This document shows positions 38,944 through 51,267 of a stretch of 64,000 nt of DNA, piece by piece. The DNA is from Azolla caroliniana. Its lineage: Eukaryota > Plantae > Polypodiophyta. The notes under the pieces are model-generated. The model had not been told where the DNA came from. It searched no databases and worked only from the letters and a program-made list of their open reading frames with translations. The stretch is from assembly GCA_043228905.1 (NCBI GenBank), contig JBHGNT010000021.1, positions 744,001-808,000 on the forward strand. Direction: 5' to 3'. Position 1 is the first letter of the stretch, and every line of letters begins with the position of its first letter. A program made the translations under genes and the position numbers.

Positions 38944-41900
38944 TGTCATGAACAGTACTGAGACAGAGAAGGAATTAGTACTAAACGAAGGATTAGTACT
39001 ATGAGGGGTGTGGAACTTCTTCGAGAGAAGGAAGAAGTGAGCGAGACAGAGAGAAAGAGAGAGATCGAGATCGAGAGAGTGTGTGTGTGTGATGATAAGA
39101 AAGATATGTATTATATGAAGAGAATATACAATGGTGGCTAAAAGGCTTAAGACTGGCGTTGAACCAATTTGGTTCAACATAATGCCTAGTGCCCTCTTTT
39201 ATAGTGTTTTCAGGAGTAATCCTGAAGCTTCTAGAATGTTCCAGAGAAATCTGGAATATACATCAATTTTCTATAATAAAATGTAAATGAAAATAATATC
39301 TTACGTATTACAATAGATGGTCTAATGGTCAAGAGCTCGACCCATATAACCTAAGGTCATGGGTTCGAGTCTTGCCATATCATGACACTATCCCCCCTTT
39401 AAAACGACGAGTGTCACGAGTCGTCTCGGATTGTGGATATTGACGATGGAAGTCTTCAAGAAGAGCACAAGCATTGGTTACATTCTCGATCGGTTCCCAA
39501 GTACGTTCGTTGGGGCTATAGCCTAGCCAATCGACTAGATAGTAGTCTTGATGTGTCGTCGTAGCAGCCACACCCGATCTCCAATATTAAAACTGCATGG
39601 AAGTCGATGACGATCCGCGTAGACCTCTCACATGGGCGAGTAGTCTTGATGTGTCATCGTAGCAGCCACACCCGATCTCCAATATTAAAACTAGATGGAA
39701 GTCGATGACGATCCGCGTAGACCTTGTGTGTTTGTTGAGCTTGCTGGAGATGAGTAGATAAATCCGCTTGTATCTTGCGTAACCGCTCCAAACGATCCTC
39801 CGCGCACGGATTTGTGGACACCTCTGGGGTTTCAAGTACACTCCACCGGGGGTGACATCCCGTATAAGCATAAAATGGCGTAACTTTAGTGGATGCATGG
39901 ATAGAGTTGTCATAGGCAAATTCGGCGAAGTGAAGAATATCTGCCTAGTCGTCCTGATGATAGCTGAGAAAGCACCGCAGATACTGCTCCAGCGTTTGAT
40001 TTGTTCGTTCAGCTTGGCCGTCAGTTTGTGGGTGGTAGCCGGAGGAGAGGTTACAAGTGACCTTGAGCATGATAAAAAGGTGCTTCCAGAATTTTGACAC
40101 GAACTGGGGTCCACGATCGCTGATGATAAAAAGGTACTAAGGAGATCTCCAGTGTCTTCACTGGAGATCTCCTTAGTACATGGCAAGAAATGACCATCTT
40201 CGTATATCGATCGACCACCGTTAGAATCGCATTGAACCCCTTAGAGACTGGAAGATCTGTGATGAAGTTTAGAACAATGGATTGCCATGGCTTGCTTGGA
40301 ATTGGTAATGGTTCTAATAAACCATATGGATAATGCCTTGGCATTTTCGCTCTGCAACATGTATCACAAGTCCGAACAAAATCCTCGACAAACTGTCACA
40401 TACAGGGCCACCAGAATGATCCTTGTACTAAATGTAATGTTTTAGTACTACCAAAATGCCCAGTTGTATATGTGTCATGACAGTTTTGTACTACTCGAAG
40501 GCGGCAAGAACCATTAGGAACATACAAAAGTTCTTTAAAGAAGAGTAATCCATCATGGTATTTGAGTTGCCGATAGTCCGTACCTGGTGGTTGCGACTGT
40601 GAACACGACGCTCGAGAGGGATCAATTTGTGCTAGTATAGCTTGGGCGAACGCATCTGTCTTCAAGTCTTCACGTATGGTATCGATAACGCGGGAATCCA
40701 TAGGCATGTCAAAGATCTGTGTTGCTTGTAGTCGTGCCAGTCCCAAGATGACTTGTTTTTGGTTATTGAAAGTTGGCTCGCCGGGACGGGGTGCTAGATA
40801 CAAACGCCGTGATAATGCATCTGCCTTCCCTTGGTGCCTCCCCAGACGATATGTAATTTTGAAGTCGAAACGCGTGAGGAAGTGGGCCCACCGAGCTTGA
40901 CGTCGATTCAACACACGAGCATCCTGAAAGTAGGCAAGATTCTTGTGGTCACTAAATACGGTGACTGGATGAGAGTATCCCTCCAAAAAATGCCTCCATT
41001 GCATAAAAGAATCCACTATTGCCAATAGCTCCTTATCATGAATTTCGTAGTTCATTTCGGCGGCATCAAACTTGCGTGAGTGAAAAGCCACAGGATGTAG
41101 CTTCTCATCATTCCCCTGTTGTGACAGAATGCTCCCCAATGCAAAATCCGATGCGTCAGCTTCGATAATGAATGGTTTTTCCGGATCGACATGAGCTAGA
41201 ATTGGAGCCGATGTAAATGCCTTTTTAAGACTCTCGAAAGCCATGTCTGTTTCTTTAGACCAGATGAACGGTTGTCCCTTCCTGGTAAGTTGTGTGAGAG
41301 GTAGAACGATCTTTGAGTAATCTTGTATGAACTTCCGGTAAAAATTGGCAAAGCCTAAGAAGCGTTGCACATCCCGCACCGAACGCGGAGTCTGCCATTC
41401 TACCACCGTTTTGACCTTAGCTGGGTCCATGGAGATGCCTTCTGACGAAATGATGTAGCCGAGAAATTCCACTTGGTTGCACCCGAAACTACATTTTTCC
41501 AGCTTTGCATACAGACCATGTGCTCAAAGTCGTTTTAGTACTAATAGTACATGAGAATCATGTTCTTCTTGGGTCTTTGAATAAACCAGTAGATCATCCA
41601 AATAGATGATCAAACAAGCATCCAATAGATCTCGGAATATATCATTAGCCATGTGCTGGAAGACTGTCGGCGCATTAGTGAGGCCGAACGGCATGACAGT
41701 ATACTCGAAGTGCCCATATCTGGTGCGAAACGCGGTCTTCCATTCGTCTCCTGGTCGGATCCGTACGAGGTTATATGCTCCCCGTAAGTCGATCTTCGTG
41801 AAGAACCTGGCACCATTGATCCGTTCTAAAAGACTTGAGATAAGGGGAAGAGCATACGTATTCCTGATTGTAACCTTATTCAAGCCACGGTAATCTACAA

Positions 41901-44419
41901 CGAGACGAAGCGATCCTACTTTTTTCTTGACGAAGAAAATGGGCGCGCCGGCTGGAGATTTCGAATGCCGAATGAAACCATTTTCCAAATTCTCCTCTAT
42001 ATAGGCCTGAAGGACTTCCAACTCGGTTGGTGACAAATTGTAGATCGGTCCCCATGGTGGCTCTTTTCCCGGTTGTAAATCGATGGGGCAATCGTACGGT
42101 CGATGATGAGGAAGTGTGTTGGCTTGTACTTTATCGAACACATCGGCGTAATGACGATACTTCTCGGGAAGTTGAACAATGGATTCTTCTTTAGTGGTGC
42201 TGGAGGGGTTTACTGATATTGCAAAGAGGAACATTTCCTCCTTGTGCCCTTCTTTACGCAACTAACGTAGCGAAATGGTTGCCATCTTCTGAGTTGACCC
42301 TTGGGTTTGTCGACACCGGATTTCTCTTTTTCTCCAATCTATGTCTGGGTTATGTAACTCGAACCACGGTAGTCCTAAAACTATAGGATGTTCTGGGATA
42401 CTAATAATATTAAATGATACTACACATGCTAAGTTATCTAGGACAATATTAATGGGCTCTGACTCTTCTATGATATTTCCGGAAGCAATGGGACGTCTAT
42501 CAATGACTACTACAGACGTTGGACACTGGAGTTTTCTTAGGGATATCTTATGAGCTTGAGCAAATTTCTTATCCATAAAGCAAGAGTTAGCTCCGGAATC
42601 TAGGAGTGTTAGGACATGTACTGGAGGGGTACTTTTAGTACTAACTATTACTTGGGCTACGAACACATCACTAACTTGCTTAGAGGGAATGGAACCACTA
42701 ATGGGCTACACAGATCTAGGGCTGTCCAACCAAATAGCTCCTATTTTGGCTGGACTTAGTCGTTTAACTCTTCTTCTAACTGACTAAGGACATCAAATTT
42801 GTTTGCTAGATCTGGGATATTAGTACTATTAGGACTATCAGATATCCCTACTGAAATAGGCTCGGATTTAGTACAATTAGAACTAGCGACTATTTGGTTT
42901 ACCTGTCTTCTTGGCCTATGGGGGCAATTTATTGCGATATGTCCTGGTCCACCGCAGTAAAGACATAGTCGATTTGTACGGCGTCACTGCTTTTCTTCTT
43001 CGGATAATGGCCCTCGACGACATGTAGTGTCAATCTCCATCGGAGTCGGAGTATTCACTGGAGGCGCATTATATGACTCCCTCGGAAAAGGTCTTGCTAC
43101 CACTGAGGCGTAGGTGGGCTCTGATCTTGCCCTCGGCATCTGTAGTTGTCATTCCGAACGTCGCTCAAAGAGGCGGTTGTCACATCTCACCGCGCGACTG
43201 ATTGCTTCTGTTAAGGACTTTGGCTCTTCGGGGAAGGTCAAGAGTAAATCCTTGACGTCGTTGCGTAAACCATAACGGAATTGCTCCATCAATGCTTGAT
43301 CATCCCAAGGGATATCAGCGGCGAGTAGGCGAAAATCTGCAGCGTATGCGGAGGCTGGACAGTCACCTTGGCGTAATCGCCGAATTCTATTGATTGCGGT
43401 CCTGATGCTGTCAGTATCTCCGAAACATGCTTTAAACTCACCTAGAAACTCTTCAAAATTGTTGAGTAATGGAGATTCCTTTTCTAATAGTGGAGCGAAC
43501 CATGACAACGCTGAGCCACTTAACAAAGTGCCTACTAAACCCACTCGTGATGCATCGGTGGGATATCGGGAAGGATGCATTTGAATAACTAATCATACTT
43601 GGTTAAGGAACCCTCTAAACTGCGATCGTGTTCCATCGAACTTCGTGGGAAGGCCAATCTTAGGTTCTTTATGAATCCCTTGTGTTCCGGGCCCTTGTTG
43701 TTGCATCGCTACGATGGTGGCTTCGAGTTGTTGCATGCGTAACGCAAGTTCCCCATGCTGTTGTTGCGTTTGCTGCTTTTCTAAGGAGATTTGCTGAAGA
43801 TCCCCCAGCAACCGTTGGTTTTCTTGTTCCAAAGCATGGAACTTCTCCTTCAAGCATTGAAATTCCGAGAAAACAGATTGATATTCTTCAGCGCTAACAG
43901 TGGCCATGGGATGAAAGAAAAGAGGAATAAAAGATTAGTAGAAAATGAGAGAGATAGAAGGTAGGGGAAATTGGTTCAAACTGTCATGAATAGTACTGAG
44001 ACAGAGAAGGAATTAGTACTAAACGAAGGATTAGTACTATGAGGGGTGTGGAACTTCTTCGAGAGAAGGAAGAAGTGAGCGAGACAGAGAGAAAGAGAGA
44101 GAGAGAGTGTGTGTGTGTGTGTGATGATAAGAAAGATATGTATTATATGAAGAGAATATACAATGGTGGCTAAAAGGCTTAAGACTGGCGTTGAACCAAA
44201 TTGGTTCAACATAATGCCTAGTGCCCTCTTTTATAGTGTTTTCAAGAGTAATCCTGAAGCTTCTAGAATGTTCTAGAGAAATCTAGAATATACACTAATT
44301 TCCTATAATTAAATGTAAATGAAAATAATATCCTATATATTACAATAGATGGTCTAATGGTCAAGAGCTCGACCCATATAGCCTAAGGTCATGGGTTCGA
44401 GTCTTCCCATATCATGACA
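38944..44419 (-). mobile_element. Ty3/Gypsy chromovirus (Tcn1-like) provirus A, decayed
   Basis: 5' LTR 43982-44419, 3' LTR 38944-39387, TG..CA ends, TSD ACGGT, PPT AAAGGGGGGATAG next to the 3' LTR. Gag, protease LLDSGA, RT YLDD, RNase [11 protein letters not shown], integrase, and a partial chromodomain YLVDWLGY...TWEP. Several premature stops and internal deletions. Confidence 0.96.
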
Positions 44420-45329
44420 ACGGTGAGGTTGACGCCCATGTCTGGGCCGACCCCCATGTCATGGGGCAAACTAACATCTACCTCGGGGGGTAGGGACTCC
44501 ACAGTAGATTGCAGAGCCCCTAAGCGATTCTCAACCAGTCATTCCCGACCTGCTTCAAATAGTTCCCGCGATACATTTTGGCTCCTAAGTGGTTACACAT
44601 CCTGCACCCCTCTATCCCAAAGAGTCGTCGCCAAACCAGGTGATGGTCTGCTTATATTACCCTTCCCTTTGCCCTTGATCTTGCCCGTCCGAATCCACGA
44701 TTTCACTAATCTGAGGTCAACAGTACATTCACGTTCCCTCGTGAGGGGGGCCTTTGTTAACATCTCCTCTAAGGTGGACAATACCAGTTGTGGTTGCATC
44801 TCCATCAGGGTGGAGAACACGAGCTTAGGATCTCGTGGGGGAAGGGACAAGGATTCACATGGGGATAACGTTGTTGCCAACGCTTCTAGGTCGATATCCC
44901 CTAGCCCTTGGAGCAATGTAAATTTGTTGGTCGCTCTTACCTTTTGGTCGTGTTCCTCCACACTCCCTAAGAGGATCTTCACCCGTTTGAGGGGTTGTTC
45001 GTCCACGCTTGCTGGTGACAAGGTAGTGGGACTTCTTTCTACGGGACGGTCTTGAGAGAGGGGGGGAGAGGCTTTATTGTTAAAGTCCTCTTTGTTATAT
45101 GATATATCTAAGAAACTAAAAAGTAGGGACTTTATGAACTCTCTTTTTTGTTTTAATGAATATTTTCATGCATTCGTTAGGTAACCTTCACGAATGCGAA
45201 TATGTCAATCTATGGCTATAAGTATGGCATGTATTTGGATCACAATTTTGAATTTTAGATAATGATTTAACTCACCTCAAATGCGGGGCCAAGTTGATAT
45301 TAGCAAGTGTGGTAGGGAGGAGGATAATT

Positions 45330-45560
45330 AACTATACTACTCTAGGCTACAAGCTATGAGAGCAAGTAATTTTAGCAAGCCAAAGGCATGAGCAAATAGG
45401 CATTAACAAGTTTCATTTAGTTCATCATCAAGATGACAAAAGTTGGCTAATTTACTATCCTACTCTAGGCTCAAGCTATGAGTGCAAATAGCAAGCCAAA
45501 CACATGAGCAAATAGGCATTAACAAATCTCATTTAAATCACCAAAATGACAAAGGTTGGC
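45330..45560. repeat. Imperfect two-copy tandem repeat (about 120 bp)
   Basis: TACTCTAGGCT.CAAGCTATGAG...CATGAGCAAATAGGCATTAACAA...ATGACAAA.GTTGGC occurs twice. Confidence 0.7.
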
Positions 45561-47675
45561 AAAGGGCCGAGAGCCAATCAACATTAACAAGTGTGGCATA
45601 AATTAGGATAATTATTGGATTAGACAATGATAATATTTTGACCAAGTCAAGTTTGTAGTTAGTTTGACTTAGTCCATTAGACCGTAAGTTCTTTCAATGA
45701 TGGAGCTAACTTATATTGTGGGTAAGGAGCAATGAGTAAAAATATTGGGTTTAATCTAAAAATTGTTAGCAACATGATTGTCAAGTAAATTATGAACATG
45801 TCATTAGTGATTATGACTTTGATCAACAACAATACCTCATGCAAGCACTAATGAAAGGGATCATGGTCATTCTCAATTTGATTAGTAACATTACATATTA
45901 AGTAAGAGCTTAAATCCTATAGATACAATCCAAGTAGGACAATTTGGTCATATGACCTCGTGTAACATACGAGCGACAAGTAACTAGTTGTGAAATTGAT
46001 AGGGGGGGGGGGTGCAGCAAATGATTGTTTTAACTTGCAAGGTAGTCAATCACAACAAATTAATGTTATTTTGGGGCACTAAAGATCTAGAATGGCTACG
46101 TTATTTTCTTCACACTTTTGGCCCAAAGGTGAGGCCAACAAGAATCTATATGAACACAAAAAAGTGAGATCAAGATGGATTTATCACATAATCGATTTAG
46201 GTAATTAGCACAAATGTATGACATAGGCGGTTGAATTGCGTGATCATTTAGTATCATTTTGAGTGATAACATATTAGCAAGGTAAGATACATGAATTGTG
46301 GCAATTTAGGATGTTAGATCATTGAGACGAACTTAGCATGTTGTCATTTCTTATGGTATGAACTTAATATAATAAGATAGCTGCTATGTAGCCTTGTAGC
46401 CGTATGAACTGTCACCTTAACCAGTGTCTTATTATATAACAAGTTTTGGTCAAAATGTGAACATGCAAAATAACATGACTTATTAAATGGCGAGTTTCAC
46501 ACAATATCTAAACTTTCAAATTAATGTTTCATCACATAAATGAGGATTTTAGTTAAGACCTCCACGATGCAACATTCCAACCATGAAAACGTTGCACCAT
46601 GGTTTTAAATTACAAACAAAAATTAACTTTAATTACAATGGGGAAACATTTGCTTTTGGCCAACATCCCAATCATCAAAAATTTGCATCATAGTTATAAA
46701 TTACAAACAAAAATGAACTATAATTACAATAGGGAAACATTCACTTTTGGTCAGCAAGAGCAAGTCAATTTCATCAAGATGGTTAGCTAGAGTTGTGACA
46801 CCATGAGCTAGGAAGGATGCATGTGTCCCATGGGATTGTGGTTTTTATGCATGTGAACATCATACTAAAGGAGTCATAGCCATGCTATTAGTAATGGGGC
46901 CTTAGAACCGAAAGATTGGTTCAGCTCTAAAGAGATGAGGTTTGGGAACAAGCGCATGCTTCTTTTGGATATTTCAATTGAAAGATAGTCCTCCTCGATT
47001 TATTCAATGTCGTATTTTGCTCATAAGTATTAAGATTCGTTGTTAACTTAATGTTCAGTTTTTGCAAAAAAAAACTTTATGTCTATATAAAGTTTATTTG
47101 CTCAATGTATATAAAATGGCCCAAATGATTAGGTGGAATCATTTTTAACCATTTCAAGTATTATGGGTTGTAGCATAATGGGGATATGTGTAATGCTTTT
47201 ATATCCGAAGGTATACATGGAGTTCAAGCATACCTAAAAAGACTTGTCTTGCAACTTTAGATATTGGGCATGTTGAAAATTTTCCCCATGGTGGATATTC
47301 GTCTCATTTAGTGGCACTTGACAATGTCCCCCCCCCCCCCCCCCCCCCCATGCAATGAGGCTAAGCTAACATGTATTTTAATGGTGGTTTCACATGCAAA
47401 CAATATAATTGTGTGTTTTAATCTAAATAGAAGATTGACATTATAGATAAGGGAGAAATTATGTTTCCAGGCAACAAGAAGTTCTTAGTTACTACTTGGT
47501 TCTCCTTTTATTTTCCTTCTCAAAACAAAATATCCTTCCATTAGTTTTTAAAAAGGCATATCAACAACAAACTACAAAATAGATGGAAAAGAAACAACTA
47601 TACTTCCCAAGCCCGTCTTCTGTAAGACAATGGCTAGCCATGGATCCTTGTTTAATTGAGATCCATCTCAAAATC

Positions 47676-47900
47676 TCATTTCATTTCAGTATGTACTACC
47701 AATTCTCCCATGTTGCCACATGCTTTCAACATACTTGAAAATGTCATCATATTAGGTAAGAGACCTTGCACAAGCATTCGATGATAGAGTTGTATAGCAT
47801 CCTCATTCTTATCATGCTCAATATAGCCCAATAACATGGCAGGCCATTGTACCACATCTCCAACCAACAGTAAATCATCAAAAAGCTCTCGGGCTTCAAT
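47676..47900 (-). pseudogene. PLS-class PPR gene fragment
   Basis: DVVQWPAMLLGYIEHDKNEDAIQLYHRMLVQGLLPNMMTFSSMLKACG is a P motif followed by an L-motif start; no continuous ORF. Confidence 0.8.
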
Positions 47901-50366
47901 TATTGCTCCACATTTACGGTACCAACAAAAGGATTTTTTTTTTCAATCCTTCTTTTGCATTCACCAAAGCATTGTTAAGCACGAATCACGATATCCTCCT
48001 CCATGAAGAGACCTTTATTTATACCCTCATCATGAATCTTTTCCCCTTTTACAATAGATCCAGACTCCAGTGTTTCCACAAGCCTCTAGAACTACTTAGT
48101 TCTCATTTCGAAGCAGTTGTCAAACTTTAATGTTTCTAAATGGATCAAAGGAAGTAGAGCAAAAAGTTATTACACTATCTAGGTGTATTAAATCTCTTAA
48201 TTGTTGTTTAATGTTTTTAATGAAACTATAATGATATAAACAATTTTATACACTATAAAAGAGTAGTGTTGTTCTCATAGTTTTTATTTTTTTATTTTTT
48301 CCAAAAATGTTCTCACTATTTTTAAATTCAAATTAAATTGATATGTTTCGGAATACATGTTTTCCATATGTAATTGTATGTAGCTCTTTCAAGAGAATTT
48401 TTGACAAACTATATTTGATCCTCCTTAAAGGGAACTTTGTAACATTACTAGTTCATAATGCAACTATGTTTTATTGAAAGCTTCATATATAGCTCTTTCA
48501 CAAGATTTTTTGACAAACTATATAGAAACTCTGCGTGGAACTCTCCAACATTATCCCATTCATAATGCATCCATGGTTTATATGCTTCCAATACAAATTT
48601 AGTAATTGATGTTCAATGTTTGCCACTTCCTTCAAGGTCTAACTATTTTTCAAAACAACATATATTTGAGTTTGAAAAGCAAGCAAGATTCCCCAAGAAA
48701 TACACTTCTTCTAACTTCATGTCATGACTCATATAAGGTCACATTTGAAACTCCATTATAAATACGATGCGAAATGTTAGTGGAGATGTAATATCAATTT
48801 ATTATTACAACCTTTATACATAAGATGTGATACATTCAATGGAGATATAAAGTTCAAAAGCAATTGGAACATAAAGACTAATTACTAACAAGTCCATATA
48901 TGCAAGAATCGCTCTTCTTCTCTTATAGAAATTTAGGTTTATGTAAATTATCCAATGGAATCATGTGATCATTCGTGGAATTTAAATTGTGTGAACCTAT
49001 CTTAATCGATGCTCGAAACTTTAAGATTTGTTTACTTATGCCCATTGTCCCTTTTTCAAAGAAAAGTTACACCATCACATGAAAATTTCACTTCCATGAC
49101 ATAATAAGTAGTCTATTCTTATAAAACATTTACGATATGTAGTATGGCTAATGTGTCAGCTCAATAATGCATTGTTTTTAGCATGCCATATCAATTGATT
49201 TCTAAGTCATGTTGGGTGGAAGTAGGCATACTCATGTAGTTTTGTCTATATGTTTACGCTTTTTTTATTTGAGAAACTTCCATTGTCGTGTTATTTTGAG
49301 CATAAGTTGTTGTAACTATGAAACGAAAGTCCTAGAATTAAGCTATAATCTTTATCAATAGACATTATGTGGTATAACATTAGCTAGAATCTAAAGTAAG
49401 AGCACAACATTCTAATATTCTTGAACTCAGTCAGGGGGTGATTCCCCGATTTATATATAAGTCACTTGTATAGTCTTTCTGTAAAACTGTCTCCCAATGA
49501 AAGAGAAAGTAGCTCTTTTTTTGGAGAAACAAAAGGAATGGCACAACATTCTCATAACTTAGCTTTTGTTTATGCAAGACAATAATACCCTTCTTCATTA
49601 TTGTGTTCATCGTATAATGCCCATTACGATATGGATACAAGTTTGATTTTTGCTATGTATGGCCACTGAAGTGCGAGAAATATCTTGTATGCATGGTGGT
49701 TGTATGTGTATTGGATGAGGGAATGGAATATCGATGCCATTGATCTACAATAATATCTCTCATGTGAAGCATGTAGACATGGTATGTGGAGGAAGACACT
49801 AGAATTGTCAAGGTTCTTATGAAGTACAAGGTGGGAGATGTAAGATGCAAGGATATCTTTAGAACAATTTTATTATAGATTATAGCCTAAGAATGGAAAT
49901 ACAACAAGCAAATTACCGCTTGTATCTAATCTCGTTGATAACACTTATATATCACCATTTTCTCATAGAGATATGTGTCTCTAGATTTGCAATATATTTT
50001 ACATTTGCATATTATTTTGGTAGATAATGTTGCACATAATACTACCTTATGTTCATTAACAATTAGTATAGTGGATGCAATATTGAATTTACAACCATGA
50101 GGTTCGTAGTTCAACATTGTTTATATAAGTATGGTTGATGAGAGATAAACTTTTTATTTGTTTTCTTCAAGGTATACAGGGGCTCGAGGGTATAGTGGGT
50201 ATGGTTTGTATGCCAACGATCATGTATTCAGAACTTGCGTACCACAAATGTCACCTAATGAAATAACAAACAAGTGGGCTTCAAATCCAAGATAATTGGC
50301 CTGACGAAATATGGGTTAACACAATTAGGTATTGTTAAGTATTCGCCGAACATTTCACCTCCAATC

Positions 50367-50498
50367 TTACGGTTCAAGGAGACATTGAAGACTACTTATT
50401 GAAGGCTTCTTTGTCCATGGCAACAATGTCAAGTAATATAATATCATGGGTTCCATACATTGTACAACCTTCAAGCATACATGAAATGGCCAAGATTG

Positions 50499-50501
<3 letters not shown>
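50367..50501 (-). mobile_element. Short LINE ORF2 fragment homologous to 52880-53015
   Basis: SQSWPFHVCLKVVQCMEPMILYYLTLLPWTKK vs SQSWSFHVRLKVVQCIMEPMILYYLPLLPWTKK. Confidence 0.85.

Positions 50502-50561
<60 letters not shown>
50502..50561. repeat. (CT)n microsatellite
   Basis: Pure CT run. Confidence 0.95.
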
Positions 50562-50564
<3 letters not shown>

Positions 50565-51267
50565 GAAAACACACAATTATATTAATAAATGTGTGTAAAA
50601 AACACTAGTTATAATTGGTGTGACCATGAAGTATGGTCACCCACTAACTACACTACACTACATGTAATGGAACATGTTGAATTGCCAATAGGCAAGACGA
50701 ACATTCCACCGAGGAAAGGATTTCCACTTGCTCCAATAAAGAACATTGCCACATTAGTACTCCCTTCAACTTTCGTAGATATGCTTTCACTCCATGTCTA
50801 CCATCGAATACAAAAGCGTTGCGCATATTCCAATTATGACGCAATCCCCAATATCTCAAAAATAGAAAAACAATCTCCATCTCTGACTTTGGGTCCACCT
50901 GTGTAAATTGTGCAAACACCCACTGTCTAGGTGTCAAATAACACCGTGATAAAACTTGCCAAATTTGAGAAATCTAAATCCAAATCTAAGAAGCAATCAG
51001 GCATTATATAAATCAATGAGTATTATCTTCCATTTGAATAGTGCAAAAAAGCAATTACCCGTTGCTAGTCCACGACGCTTTAGAGCTAATCCCAAAGGCA
51101 ATCCTCCAATCAAAACTCTCCAAATGAAGACCTTTGCTACAAGTGGCAATTTAGAATGTCAACTACGTTGTAAGTTCTGCCACCACCCATGATCAGATTT
51201 GTGTAATCTCCATTCTTCTTCAACCTTAGATGATAACCATCCAAGAGATTCAACGGAGCAATGATAG

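Larger units (their letters stand above)
30849..45072 (-). mobile_element. L1-type LINE A (5'-truncated, decayed), host to three LTR-type insertions
   Basis: ORF2 starts MRILMWNVQGLGG at 38932 (APE endonuclease). RT motifs LDFEKAYD, SVKQGCPLAPYLY, EYADDT (35734-36563), then FKYLG and zf-RVT, with a stop at 31021. ORF1 remnant 44425-45055. Short poly(A) tail at about 30849-30855. Candidate TSD TTTATTGTT (30840-30848 / 45073-45081). Confidence 0.88.

Noticed and set aside
39311-39387. Functional tRNA genes at the A/B-box modules
   Set aside because: Acceptor and anticodon stems do not pair properly and all copies lie inside LTRs, so they are treated as tRNA-like modules only
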